A DNA stretch of 64,000 nucleotides, from assembly GCA_049724395.1 (NCBI GenBank), contig JAUGWO010000085.1:1-64000 (forward strand). The letters are read 5' to 3'. Below, piece by piece: positions 12,396 to 24,893 of this stretch. This DNA is from Spongospora subterranea f. sp. subterranea (taxonomy: Eukaryota). The number at the start of each line of letters is the position of its first letter. Position 1 is the stretch's first letter. Both the position numbers and the translations under genes were made by a program. Under the pieces are notes generated by a model. The model did no database searches. It was not told the origin of the DNA and saw only the letters and a program-made list of their open reading frames with translations.

Positions 12396-13291
12396 GAGGA
12401 CTCGAGGCGTCGCGTCAGCGGTTGATAATGATACTGGACTTCTGAGCGATATCGATTTCGCTGCCCGACAGATGGAGTGAATAAATATCATGGTAAATGA
12501 TTTTCCCATTCGGCCAAACGAGCGCCATCGCGATGGTCCCAACACTGTGATTGTCGCCTCATCAGTTGAAATTACAACAAAGGGTGAAGATATACCTTTT
12601 TGAGCAGATGAAAAAGCACACGAGGTATGAACAATCTCTAAACACACTGCTCACGGCGTTGATCTGAGCTCCATCAGCATCGCCCACGATAAAGTCGGGG
12701 CCGAAACTGAATCACATTTTTCAAGGAATATGTTTTGAGTGATAACAGCGCGTATTCGCAGTCTCTCTACTGTCTTGTGGAGCAAATGCTCATCGACAAC
12801 AGGCGGAACTTTCCCGCGAAATCAGAATATCCAACAACGAATACCGGATATGAAACCCTGCATGTCTTGAACGTTGTGTCCATATGGCACAATACATGAA
12901 CGTCAGGGTTTGCCCTAACAATTTCAATAAACTTGGTCAGAAGCCTTTTACAAGTCAAGCCTGGAAATGCAGAGTCAATAGTGATTCAAGTTCGATGAAG
13001 ATGAATCTCAACTGATGCGGAAAGGACGTTCGTCGGAACCGACTCCAACAACGACGGCACCGTCACGGACGTCAACGCCGAAAATAAAAGCATCATGAGG
13101 GTCCTGTTCTTCCCATACCTTATCTGGCTTGAGTGCTGCAAGTTTCGTCAAAATTGCATCAAGCGAGTCGATTTGCCCGTTGTCTCGCCTAAATCGCTTG
13201 ACGACGCTTTGAATTTGCTGGAGCGTAGCATTGGAGTTTATTCTAGTTCCCCAAGTTTTAGTGTCCTACGACACCGGGAAATAGGTTTTTC

Positions 13292-16200
13292 GTATGAGGC
13301 AACAACGATGTGTTTAGTAAGAGTTAGTAATTCGATCTGTGGCTAGAGCTCAGATCGAAGGTAATACGAGTGTAATATGGTACATGTGGGGCTCGTCATG
13401 CTCAAGTCGAATTCAACGTTACTTGGAGGTGGAGCGCTTAAGTGGGGTCATAACAACACCCCCTCTGTAAACCGGGACCTGGCTTGTCGGGGTGTTGTTC
13501 ATGGAATTGCCTGATGGCCTCGCGCAACGGCGGAGAGTTGTCGGCCAGGCCGCGCGCTGGTTCCCACGAACGCTCAGATGGCGGATATCCTTCCCAATCG
13601 AGCAAATACTGCAGCTGGTTCCGGTAAATTCTTGAATCCAACACATCTCGAACGGTATAGAATGGCTGGGAGTATTCATCTGGTAGGTAAATTGGATCCG
13701 GTGGACTCACCTGGACTCGTGCAGGAATGTCAATAGCGTAATAGGGTTCGAGCTGCGAATCGCCGAATGTGCTGTGTAGTCGCCTGGACGTCGGAAGCTG
13801 TAGGCAGTATGCAATCTCATTTATGGCAGCAGAGATTGGAAAGGGCCAGCGAGTCGGTCTTCGAGTTTTGAGCAGGGCCGGGCTGTATTCCATTTCGTCC
13901 GTTTGACCATCACCAAATCGCCGATCGCATACTTGGGTGCGTCGGATCGGTGCTTGTCGGCCTGCTTCTTCATGGAGTCCACAGCTTGTCGGAGTTGCGA
14001 GCGAAGGAATAGTCTAATTCTTCGGAGATGGTTCGCCCTTTCGTCGGCCGTCGGATTCGACCGCGAATGGCATATTGACGGGACGTCGATGGTGCGAGAG
14101 TGGAAGTCGTAATTCGCAAAAAAAGGTGAAACTTGAGTCGATGAATGTTCCGCATTATTGTACTGGAATTCAGCCAGCGCTATGCAGTTCTCCCAATCAT
14201 CCTGTTGGTACGAGGTGAACGTCCTCAAGTATTGTTTAACGATCTGATTAAGCCGCGTTGTTTGTCCTTTAGTCTGAGGGTGTCGGGCAGTGGATAGCTT
14301 GCGCTCGATTTGCAACCTCGAGAAGAGACTTTTCCAAGCTCCTGCGATCATCTTTGGGCCCGGGTCGGATATGATCTCGTCAGGAAGGCCATGCAAAAGG
14401 AGCACGTGTCGTAACATTAATTCGACCAATTCAGGTGATGTCGTTAGTCTCATTACACGGGATGAAGTGCGCCATCTTTGAGAACCGATCAATTACTATA
14501 CTAAAGTGAAATTGAACCCGTTAGAAATTTGTAGCTTAACAATAAAATCGAGAGATATCGACCGCCATAACTCTGTTGGGATGAGTAAAGGACGAAGCAA
14601 ACCTGTTGGTGACCTTCAGTTGCGATGTAATTTCGTCCGCTGGCGGTGCTCACAAGACTGGACATAACGACGAATGAACTTGGCCATGATCGTCCACCAA
14701 AAGTGTCGTTGAACAGTTTTGAGCGTTTTCCAACGACCAGGATGACCTCCTAATGGTCCGTCATGGGGCTGTGCAAGCACCTCGATTTGCCCATGTTCTG
14801 TGGGCACCTCTAGCGCTTGTTGTCGGTAGAGTAGTCCCTCTTGGACGTGGAAGGGGTTGGCGATGTTGCGGATGAGTTCCTGAACTGACTGATCGTTGGC
14901 CTGAGCTTCCCTGATGATATCGACAAGCAGGCGGGTGTTTTGACGGTGTGGTAGAGTACAATTTAGCTGCAACGGCCCAATGTCCAGATTGTGGTCCGTT
15001 CGCAGTGAAGTTCGCCGCTGTTTCCAGACAGGGTCATCATGTTGAATCTCGTATTCAGGCCGCCTCGAGAGCGCGTCTAGCTGACCTGAAAGTGACTCAG
15101 CACGATGGCGAATGACGAAGTCGTACTCGAATAGGATCATTGACCAGCGAGCCTGCCGGCGGTTGAGAATTTTCCAATTTGTGAACAATCGAAGATTCTT
15201 GTGATCAAATAGAATTTTGACCTTGTGCGAGTTACCTCCAACTAATGACGCCACCGAGTGAGTGCTACCACGATTGCCAGTAATTCTTTGTCATGCGTCT
15301 CGTAATCAATCTCAGCTGGTATAAACTTCCGCGAATGAAATGCAGCAGAACGTAATTTACCATCGGGTTGTAACTGCGATAATATCATACCAATGTTGAA
15401 ATCGGATGCATCAGTTTCCACAAAGCAGGGAGATGAAGGACAGAAATGGGCCAAAATCGGGGCTTAAGTGGGGCGTGTTTGATCGCATTAAAAGCTTCCT
15501 GATGCAGCGGCTGCCATGAAAATGGTACATCTTTCGTAGTCAAATGGTAGAGTGGCGCCGCGAGTTGGGAATAACGTACAATGAAATCTCGGTAGAAATT
15601 GGCGAAGCCAAGGAAACATTGAAAACCTTTGACCGATGTAGGAGCCACTACTTGAGGGCTGATATTATACCCCAGAAATTCGACACGACAGAACAGGAAA
15701 GCACATTTTTCGAGCTTGGCAAATAATTCCTTTTCGTTTAGTTTCTGTAAAGACTTTAACGTGAGCTTCGTGCTCTTCCGGATCCTGCGAATAGATTCAA
15801 ATATCATCCAAATATTTCACTTCGAATCTCCCAAGGAATTTTGAAACGTCTTGTTCATCAGTCGTTGTAATGAAGCTCGAGCGTTCCTGAGCCCGAACGA
15901 CATCACTTGGTATTCGAAGTGCCCAAACTTGCCATTGAAAGCTGTCTTCCATTCATCCCCAGGGTGAATTCTAACAAGATTGGGTGCGCCGCGAAGATCG
16001 ACCTTGGTGTAGCATTTGGCTCCAGCTAGCTGTTGTAATATGTCATCGAAGAGAGGAAGAGGGTAGGGTTCTCGTTTCGTAATGTTGTTCACATCCCGGT
16101 AGTCAACACATAATCGTAGTGTACCATCTTTTTTTCTTGACGAAGAGGATGGGCGCCCTGAGTGAAGATGGGGAATTCCTGATGAAGCCTCGCTCCAGGT

Positions 16201-17030
16201 TTTCCTGAATGTATGACTGAAGGACTAAATCCTCTTTCGCTGATGTAGAATAACAGGGTTTATAAGGAAAATTTCGTACAATCTCCTCGAAATTGATGGC
16301 ACAATCTACTCCAGGTCGCTGTGGAGGAAGTGTCTCTGCCGCTCGCTGAGGAAAATACGTCTGCAAATTCTACATATTGAGCTGGAAGTTAAACCGTGTC
16401 GTGAGGTAGTTCAGCGTCATCGAGAACTTTACCAGGGGATCCTATTTCGTCAATGGTGCTGTGGCCAGTTGAAGATTCGCAGAGGGAGGTTTGGTGGTTC
16501 CAGCAGGATCGTCAAGTTTTCCCAATCAATGAGAGGGTTGGCTTGCTTCAAAAACGCCATCCCAAGCACAATTGGATATGCGGGGCTGTCGATGATGTAG
16601 AAATTGGCTTTAAATTGAATATCGGCTACTGAAATATCGAGGAGGTGAGTCTGATGGGTTACGGGTCGGAGCTGTCGACTATCGATCCCGGTGAGTGAAA
16701 TTGGGTTCGTAAGTAGCTCTAAAGGAATTTGATGGATGTGAGCGAATGTCCTGTCGATGAACAATGAGGTGGCACCACAGTCAATAAACTCGAAGGTGCG
16801 AATGGGAGCGGCATTCGGCGGCCAGATAATGAAGCAAGGTGGGCATAACAATGTGGGGGTCATGTTGTGCGACACGGTAGTGGATATGAAATGGCGAGGA
16901 ATCGAATAAGGGTCATCTTCAGGATGTGTATTGATTAGTGGCTTCTGAAATGGTCGTTGGGGAAGGTTGTGTGCTGAGATAGTGTGGGCTGGCTCGCCAC
17001 AATAGAGACAGAGGCCGGCTCGGCGACGTA
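13292..17030 (-). mobile_element. Degenerate chromodomain Ty3/gypsy element, 5'-truncated in gag
   Basis: GLCLYCGEPAH knuckle, FIDCGAT protease, KVDLRGA/EWKTAF RT, VETDASD RNase H, integrase, chromodomain QYLLDWEGYPPSERSWEP; PPT AGAGGGGG then LTR TGTTATG (13292-13455). Confidence 0.93.
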
Positions 17031-17151
17031 TTCGGCTTGAGCATGACGAGCCCCACATGTACCATATTACACTCGTATTACCTTCGATCTGAGCTCTAGC
17101 CACAGACCGAATTACTATCTCTTACTAAACACATCGTTTTTGCCTCATAAC
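17030..17151 (+). repeat. Partial LTR in opposite orientation to the 13292-13455 LTR
   Basis: Near-identical reverse complement of 13293-13412. Confidence 0.9.
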
Positions 17152-17224
17152 TACTCCCTAGCTCGCCTTCGTCCCTAGCCTCTGCCTCCGTCACTGAAAG
17201 TGTAATTCGATCTCTGGCTAGAGC

Positions 17225-17444
17225 TCAATATAGTCTCTTTCATTCACCATTTATCATATCCTATTAGGATATACCCCCTGTTTTCATACCTCAATTCATA
17301 TCATTTCGCCAACCGGAATTGCATTTCTAACGTCGCTTCACTTGGGGAAAAGTGGATCTTAGAGATCTTCCATTTCTGCAGTTGATATTGTCAGGAACTC
17401 AACGAAATCAATGCGATTGTCATGATTAATATCGGCATCCTCAA
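17225..17444 (+). repeat. 220-bp direct duplicate of 29711-29930
   Basis: Ungapped match with about 10 substitutions; includes the 3' end of the EF-hand gene. Confidence 0.93.
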
Positions 17445-17949
17445 GGTATAATTGGGGACCTAACATATAAGTGCATGATTTGTACAATGGATCGCATTGC
17501 GTTTGTGATTGGGTCTTTCCATAGTTGATGGGCAGATGTCATGTTATCAATGTCCGATTTTTTTTTACAGATGATTGGTTAATCCACACCTAATGATGCA
17601 CGGATAGAACCGGAAAGACACTATGTACTCTACGATGTCAACCGAATATCGGCACTTTTGCTAATCTGAATGAGAAGCGCACAGAAAAGGACTAAACCGG
17701 ATAAACATTCAGGGCTCGGAAAATCAGCAGGGCATGGGCTGAGATTGCCAGGCCAGGTGGCTGCTGGCACGACACGATGTCATTAATTCCACTTCCCTCA
17801 AGGGCTCGCCTTCGATAAGACAGTTGAAAGCCCACCATTTTAACAGGCGACGCTGCAGCGGATTAAACATTGTCCAGTACGAAACCTCAAACCATCACTG
17901 CCTGAAACGCCGATTGTCGTTCATTACTCAATGTCGTGATCGGCAGGTT

Positions 17950-19313
17950 CAGCAGGTAGAAGACGTTTTTGCCAAAGCTTGTACTTCTCAAGGGTTTCTG
18001 TTAAACAGCGGCACAAATGAAATTACTTTATCTGATTCGAGAGAAAGGCATTTGCATTTATTCTTCAGCTCAGGTTGGAGCTCGCCCTTCTTAAATTCAC
18101 CGTTTACCGCCCTTCCCTCTGCTCTGGACTACATTCTCTAGTACTTCTTCGAGTGTTCGAACTTTTTGTCTTCCAACTGGTTTACCTCCTCTTGCATTTC
18201 ACTCATCCTGACATTGCTGTTTATCAATCGCTCCTCCAACTGTCTGTTAGCATCTGATACGGTGGCCAGTGAAGCCGTCATTTCCTTTATCACTGCCTCT
18301 CTCTCGTGTACCCGTTCCAGCACTTTTTCCTGGGTCTCCTGACCCCATACCATAACATCAATGTTCTGTTTTTTCGACCCTCTTTTGTTGTACCTTCACT
18401 TCGTTATAATAATCGCCGTCGTTTGCCATTGATTCCCTGTTTACCTGAACACAAATATTCCCAATCAACTCGTTGCAGTGGGAAAAAGGGATGAAATAGT
18501 TTGATCACAATAAACGGTCACTGATGCCAATGTCATCCAATATATCAGCCTCAACTTGACAAAACCATCACAATTCCTACCTGCAATGCTGCGCGACCCT
18601 GGTTGCCCCAAGAACTCATATGAGCTTTTTCATATGCGCTGCCTCTCAACTGCACATGTTCTCCCAACACTTGCTCCATATGTTCCAACTTGTCTCGATA
18701 GTTGCTATTACATTGTTCCAGTTCATTGACCTTATCATTCAACAATTCGTTCATATGGGGGTGTTGCCCAGCCATATTAATCTCATAGTTCAGAAGCTGA
18801 TTCCAGCCTGATTCCATATCTGCAACTTTCTCCTATAAGGCATGGGTTCTGATAGGTTCTAGCAATGATACATTATATGGCAATGCAGCCCAGTACCTGG
18901 TGCAACCTATCTTGATATGTACAGTAATCCTTGACCAGCTCCACCATGTCTATATAGGTCCTGAAGAGCTCATCCACCGCCTTAGCCCAATTCCTCACCG
19001 ACATCACACCGTCTTCGATCAGCATGTGATTCTGATCCAATACTCTAGCCAAACAGGCCGTTTGATACTGCAGATAGCAGATAATGTCATGGCTCTCATT
19101 TATGCTATGATGGGCATGATCATTGCACTTATGAATTGCCTGCATCAGCACCTGCTCTTGATCACGCATCATTTTCAACATATTCCCAGAGCGAATTGTC
19201 AGAGCCATAGAGTCGGATATAGCCCAAATTTTCTCCTGACAAAAACAAGATGAAACTCGGTTAATTGGGGTATGGCATTGGCCAAAATATGTGAGTATTG
19301 GTGGTGCAATCAA
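17950..19313 (-). CDS. Coiled-coil exons, probably the distal and possibly disrupted part of the NT-C2 gene
   Basis: Heptad-like E/K/Q/L-rich ORFs at 18138-18353, 18551-18817 and 18873-19313 with splice-like junctions; frame unclear near 18140. Confidence 0.45.
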
Positions 19314-19719
19314 GATAAGACCTAACAGGCAAATCGAAAATAACGATCAACATTCATGATCCGATAAAATCGGGTGCCCGATTCATAGCCCCATTGTCAA
19401 TTTGTTGTAGTCCCAATCATCGCCCCTCATTCCTAGAGATTGGCTCAACTGACATTCTCTATCATTCTGCTCAATTCCCAACATCACCAATTGTCTATGC
19501 GTCATCCTAGTGCCAGTCAATCCCTATCATTCTACTATATTCCTCAGTTCACTCCATTCTCAGTCATTCCCATATCGCCAATTATTACAACACTCCTCCA
19601 TCAGTAACATGATTTAAATTGTTCCTCGTTCTCGTTGCATGCCTAATATAACGACGTCTAAGCAGTGTCGGCTTATCACAGCCAGCTCTGTCCCTTAACT
19701 CAGCCAGTTCCGTCCCAGC

Positions 19720-20025
19720 GGTGCCCCGATTCCATGTCCACTCCATGGCATGCATTGTAACCGTGTTACCTGCATCTCCCCTCTCACGAGTACGTCCCAA
19801 TCCCCCTGTCCCCAGGTTTACAGGCCTCCAATCCCAGTTCCACCCTTTGTCATGCCGTGTAGTTGTGTTACCTGCATCTCCCCCTCTCAGTATCCCGGTT
19901 CATCCCAACCCCTGTCCCCCTATCACATCAGTCCCCGTTCCAGCATCACCCAAATCCCAAGTGTGTGCACCGTTCCATGCCCACCCTTTGTCATGCCGTG
20001 TAGTGTGTGTTACCTGCATCTTCCT
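19720..20025. repeat. Imperfect ~100-145 bp tandem repeat (3 partial units)
   Basis: GTTACCTGCATCT occurs 3 times; CACCCTTTGTCATGCCGTGTAGT occurs twice. Confidence 0.8.
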
Positions 20026-22675
20026 TCTCTTATCTGTATCCTGGCTCATCACAATCTCTTCTGCTCCCGCCTTATCCTTCATACACTCCTCCGCCTCCTT
20101 CCTCCCTTGTTCATATTCCGACAGCTTCTTCTGCCAGTTCACCACCTCCTCCTCTAAACCATTTGTTGAGCTCCCATCTAATTGCTCAAAGATAAGTTTT
20201 TGATGTGCTATTGCACTCCTACAACGGCTCTCAATTTTTCTGCAAGCGCCGAGTTCCAGTACCCGTTCATTGATCATAGCATCAGAGTTCATCTTTCTTA
20301 CGGGGGCTTCCTGTTTGTCCTGTTCTACCCATCTTCTCTCTTTGATATGAATTTCTGATGTCACATGGTCGATGATGTTCTCACATTGCCTTAGTTTCTC
20401 TAACACCATGTGTCGCTCTTCTTGTATGGCTGACCAATTGCACATAACCTCAACTTGTCGCAATGAGGGTCCGATATCGTGTGCGAGTTTTTTCATATCA
20501 TTAATGATTCTCCCCTTTTCAATACATTCCGTATTCAAGCGATCATTTACTATTGCCGTATTAGCCACTGCTTCTTCCCTTGTGATTTCATTTAGTTCGT
20601 GGTCCTTAACCTTTTCCCTTAGACGAGCGATTTCTTGATTCTGTTGAAGACAATGAGTTACGAGTATGATTCCAGCACTTCATACATTATCATTCATTCT
20701 TGCTATCCATTCTTTAGTCTGGATTTCGAAGTCATTTTTCAAAGCTTGCAGCTGATTATTTGCAACCTCCGCGGCAGTTTTTGCCGATGTAGACAGAAGC
20801 TCTATCTCTTCATTCTTCACCGTCGATATTTCTCGTTCACGTTGATTGGTTCTGTTCGTTATGCTGACAATCTCTTGGTCCTATCAAGTAGATTATCCTA
20901 TTGTTATGAACAAGTGGTTTAGTTTCTGCGCACCTTGTCATCCATGCTTTTCGCAAATTTTGTTGTCTGGTTTTCCAAGTCATCTCTCAGCGCTTCAAGT
21001 TGACTATTGAATGCCGTTGCAGCATCTCTCGAAAGGTTAGTCAGCTGGTTGACTTCCTGATCTTTCATCGCTAGTAATTCCAACTCACGTTGCATGTTTT
21101 TGTCCTGTAAACTCTTGATCTCTTGATTCTGATAACCAATTTCGGAAATGTACGAATTCTAAATACGAGTGCTGCACACCTTGTGATTTAATGCCATCAT
21201 CCAACCTTTCTCTTCTTCCTTCAATTTATCTTGCAGTAATGTCAGTTGATTTTTGATGATATCGGACGCGGCGTGTTCAGACAGAACCAGTTTCATTTCT
21301 TCATCTTTTGCCTCCAACTTCTTTTTGATTGCTTCAATATCGTGTCTGAGCTGGACATTCTCATCATTTTTTGCAGTCGACCCTTTCTCTGAGGCAAAGA
21401 TCTGTGCTTTCAGTTCGCCCAATAATATGGAGTTGCCTTCGTGAAATTTCCCGTCAATTTTGTCACGATCGGCGGCATACGGAGTAACGGCCATTGTACT
21501 GCCGGTTGTCAGCCCATTTTCAGCCTGTTTGAAATACGTGAGAGTTGACCTGGCAATATATAGATGACCGTACACAATCACGACTGGTTGGGTCGCCGTT
21601 GACATTGATCATCCTGTGTTGAGACACATCTTGAAACGAGAAAAACGCTTCAGTGGTATTCGTTACTCCATTTCCCTTCTGTGTAACATTTCCCTGTGAG
21701 AGCGTCAATTCGTTTCGAAAACCTGCCATGCCACAGGGTCATGTACCGTTTCGTCTTCCTTCTTATGTCCCAATCTTTCTGTAACCAATACTTTCATGTT
21801 TCTGGGTTCAACTTCAATCATTGTGACCCGTTTTTCAAATTCCGGTTGCTGTGCATTCAGGATCTCGACTGGTTGATGATTAAGTTTGTCTTCAATCAGT
21901 ACCTTCTCGTTTTGACGCTCAAGTTTATCTACATTCATTCCTTTTTCGTTTCGACGCACCAAGGCAGCCGCATCATTTACCATAAGATGCTCATTGCTTA
22001 CAACACCAGTCTTTTCCGACGTTTCTTCATTCATGATCTTGTCACTATGATGCTCATCTTTGCTGCGGTCACCAGTCGGTTTCACGTTGTCCTCTTCCTG
22101 TTCGTTGAAACTGTGCTCTGGTGATAATGCCATTGATTCTTCATCTCTACATGAATCAGACTTAAACCTTGATACAGCATCAGATGAAAACCCATGACTT
22201 ACATAAAGGAGCGGCCGGCAGTCTCATTGTCAACTCTATGTGATATTGTCATGGAAACAGTGCCAGACTTTTCGGTGCTCTTATTTAGGATCAACTTAGT
22301 TTGTTTCCCTTCGGCAGACTGGCAATATTCGGCAAGGTTGAACTCAACCTCGCCGATATTCTTGGTTGAGGATTTGGTGGCTCTTTTGAATACCAATTTG
22401 GCAGGTTTTGATTCATATACCTTGTTAGGTTTTTTTGAGGGAAACATAGTTGAGGTGATCTGAAGCGGATGCGCCCAGGTGAATATTTGATGTCCATCAG
22501 GTCCTATTACTCCATGAACTGGTTCAGCTGAGCAGGTCTTAGATCCTCGATAAAGCACAACCAGAACTTTATCTTCAACGCTAGGCACTACATCCAACGA
22601 ATGGATGTGAATAATAAACTGAACTTTGTCCGGTTTAATTCCTTTGTGGCGTGCAAACCTCAATAGTCGTGCCAT
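19900..22675 (-). CDS. N-terminal C2 (EEIG1/EHBP1-type NT-C2) plus long coiled-coil protein, multi-exon
   Basis: KVQFIIHIHSL..LVVLYRGSK..FTW..L.ITSTMF..YESKPAKL..IGEVEFNLAEY, followed by coiled-coil exons. 3' end unresolved. Confidence 0.8.
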
Positions 22676-23349
22676 TATTCTCCTGTCATAAGAAGACAAG
22701 GGCTGTAAGTATACACAGAAGATTATACTTTCTTCCGATATAGGCGATATCGATCAACTAACGTACAACATTAACCGACATTAAATGAAGATATTAATCC
22801 AACCCCCAGAACAAACTGTCGGATTGTCATGGTCAATTCTGATAGGAGTGGAATTGCAGACTGCATCCGTTGTCAACGTCAATAATCACCTTTCTATATC
22901 AACTGGGTTTTAGCACCGCCAAAAAAATCAGAAAGTGAACAGGTTGGTTCACCAAATTCCAAGTTTATTCCGTTGGCATAAAACAAAATAAAGCTACCGG
23001 GAGGAACATTGAAAATAGATTCGTATACAAGGCTAATGAATCATTATTCAAAGTTTGTAAAAAAATGTCCAAATTGTTGTTTAGTATGTCTGCCGCCAAA
23101 ATCTTCATACAATCTTCGTCGAACGTTTTGTTGATAAATCATCAGTACACGGACCAGGATGAACGCGCACAGTATCATTCTAACTCGTGATGTTCTTCCA
23201 GTTGGCAACGCCTTGACGTCCGTACTGTACCTTAATGTTCCGGCTGTCCCACTTCGTCACATATTTTGCCAAGCTCATTTTCTCCCCTTAGGCACCTCCT
23301 CGGCTTCTTTTGATGAAGATTTCGATGAAGATCAAGCCACGTCGAACGT

Positions 23350-24240
23350 GCCAAATTCCATCATGAAAGTAATGGTTCTAGCTGCAGTGTCGAGGCCAGG
23401 TTTCGACAGCAATTGCAAGGCGGGCTTTTATGGAGAACTCGGCATCTGGCACTGTTTCTCAACGCATCTAGCTAAAACGTCAAAATACCAACCGAATTGC
23501 CAGTACAATGATCACTACGAGATGAAGGTGAAAAGACTTTTACCGAAGCTGCTATTACCTGTGATACAAGCGGAATGGCAAATCGGATACGATCTTCGGT
23601 TCCCGATTTGATAGCCTGTTGTGGAAATCCCGCAAATTCAAACGAACGCGTTCCAACTGTTTCCCACAACGCCTCGATCATAGGCCCAGAGGATGCGCCA
23701 GTGTTTTAAGTCGCGGGCGAGACTGGAATGCAGATAACGAAACGCAAGTTCACACATCGACAGCAATGGCGTAACCTTCGTCGAAGCAGCTGCAGCCTTA
23801 CACGATTTCCAACTAAACATTCGTTTGGGATCCAATCAACAAACAGTCCCTATTTCGATGTCCTGAATTTAGGATGGTTTCGGTTGATTCAATTTTAGCA
23901 GCGCAAAATGGCGCCAAGAAACATCGATAAATTGATATCTGCGATTGAGCAGTCTTGCAACAATACATCGGTACAGTTCTTTGAATTCGGTCATCACTTT
24001 ACAGAGGTGCATGATCGAGGGCATAAGAAAGATGACGGCCACAACTATAAAATCCCAGATCTGGGAAAGCATAAGCTTAAAACACCGGGCCAAACTTCCC
24101 GAGGCGTTAACCTGCCAGAAGAACGGCAATATATCAGGCCTTGCCATGTCTGGAAGACCAATACAATCTCACTGCTCGTCACGAATACTGTGCCGGTAAC
24201 GAAATGCGACATTGATCCTGAGATAAACGGATGAATAACA
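23350..24240 (+). pseudogene. Degenerate mariner-like (plant/oomycete DD39D-type) transposase
   Basis: IMKVMVLAAVSRPGFD..FYGELGIW and PRNIDKLISAIE..GHNYKIPDLGK motifs; broken frames. Confidence 0.75.
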
Positions 24241-24893
24241 GAATGAATTTATTTAGTGATTGCAACCATTTGCAAATTCCATATCCGACTTGAGAACAAA
24301 AGGAAAGAGTATATGCATTTGATGTTAAAGATTAACAAGGCCTACGCAAGTATGGAAGCAAACTCGAAATATGAAATATCTGGAATGACGCTTCTGAAAT
24401 GTTTTATCACTGCTTTCTTACTTCCGAAATTGAAAAAAAATGTAAACGGTGGCGAAACGTTTTGTGACGGAGTGTATTTCTTTTTACGAAACGAAGTGTA
24501 CCGAAATCTCTGTAGTTAGTCACGGAGAAACCTTCATTGCAATTATCATTCTATCCCATTCCCATAGTTGAATAATGTCAAGAGCGTGTGTCAGGTTGAA
24601 TATCCATTTTCGGATTAACAGACCAGAGAGCTGACACATTTTGAAGAAATTAGACGTTGCCTGCACGACATATTCTCCAGTTGACCGCATCCTCGTGCCT
24701 ACACCCGTGTAAAGGGATTCATGGGCCGTTCTGTCCGGGGACGACAGGAGGAGTCAGTCAACCATGACCCTTTGTCGTTACAGACGCAGTCCGTCACTTG
24801 AGTGCGGCAAAAGGATTATCTGGCCTTGCTGACCAGAGGTGTGTAGACGATTGGTGTAATTTCCATCACGCCAGGAAACTACAAATAAACACC

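Larger units (their letters stand above)
5130..13290 (-). pseudogene. MULE (Mutator-like) transposase, split by the gypsy insertion at 5490-12395
   Basis: FIFG...VGVGSDERPF, HMDTTFK..YPVFVVGYSD, GDADGAQINA..CFF (12400-13290) and FAQYFETQ..RW..TNNPNEGFN (5130-5489). The sequence rejoins across the GAGGA TSD. Confidence 0.85.

Noticed and set aside
13292..17151. DIRS-type element with inverted terminal repeats
   Set aside because: It encodes a DDE integrase, protease and chromodomain with a PPT, and no tyrosine recombinase.
19721..20203. Pro/Cys-rich plus-strand ORFs
   Set aside because: Antisense shadows of the repeat and the coiled-coil exon.
24727..24790. Imperfect hairpin upstream of the USP gene as an ncRNA
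   Set aside because: Single short bulged stem with no family motif.
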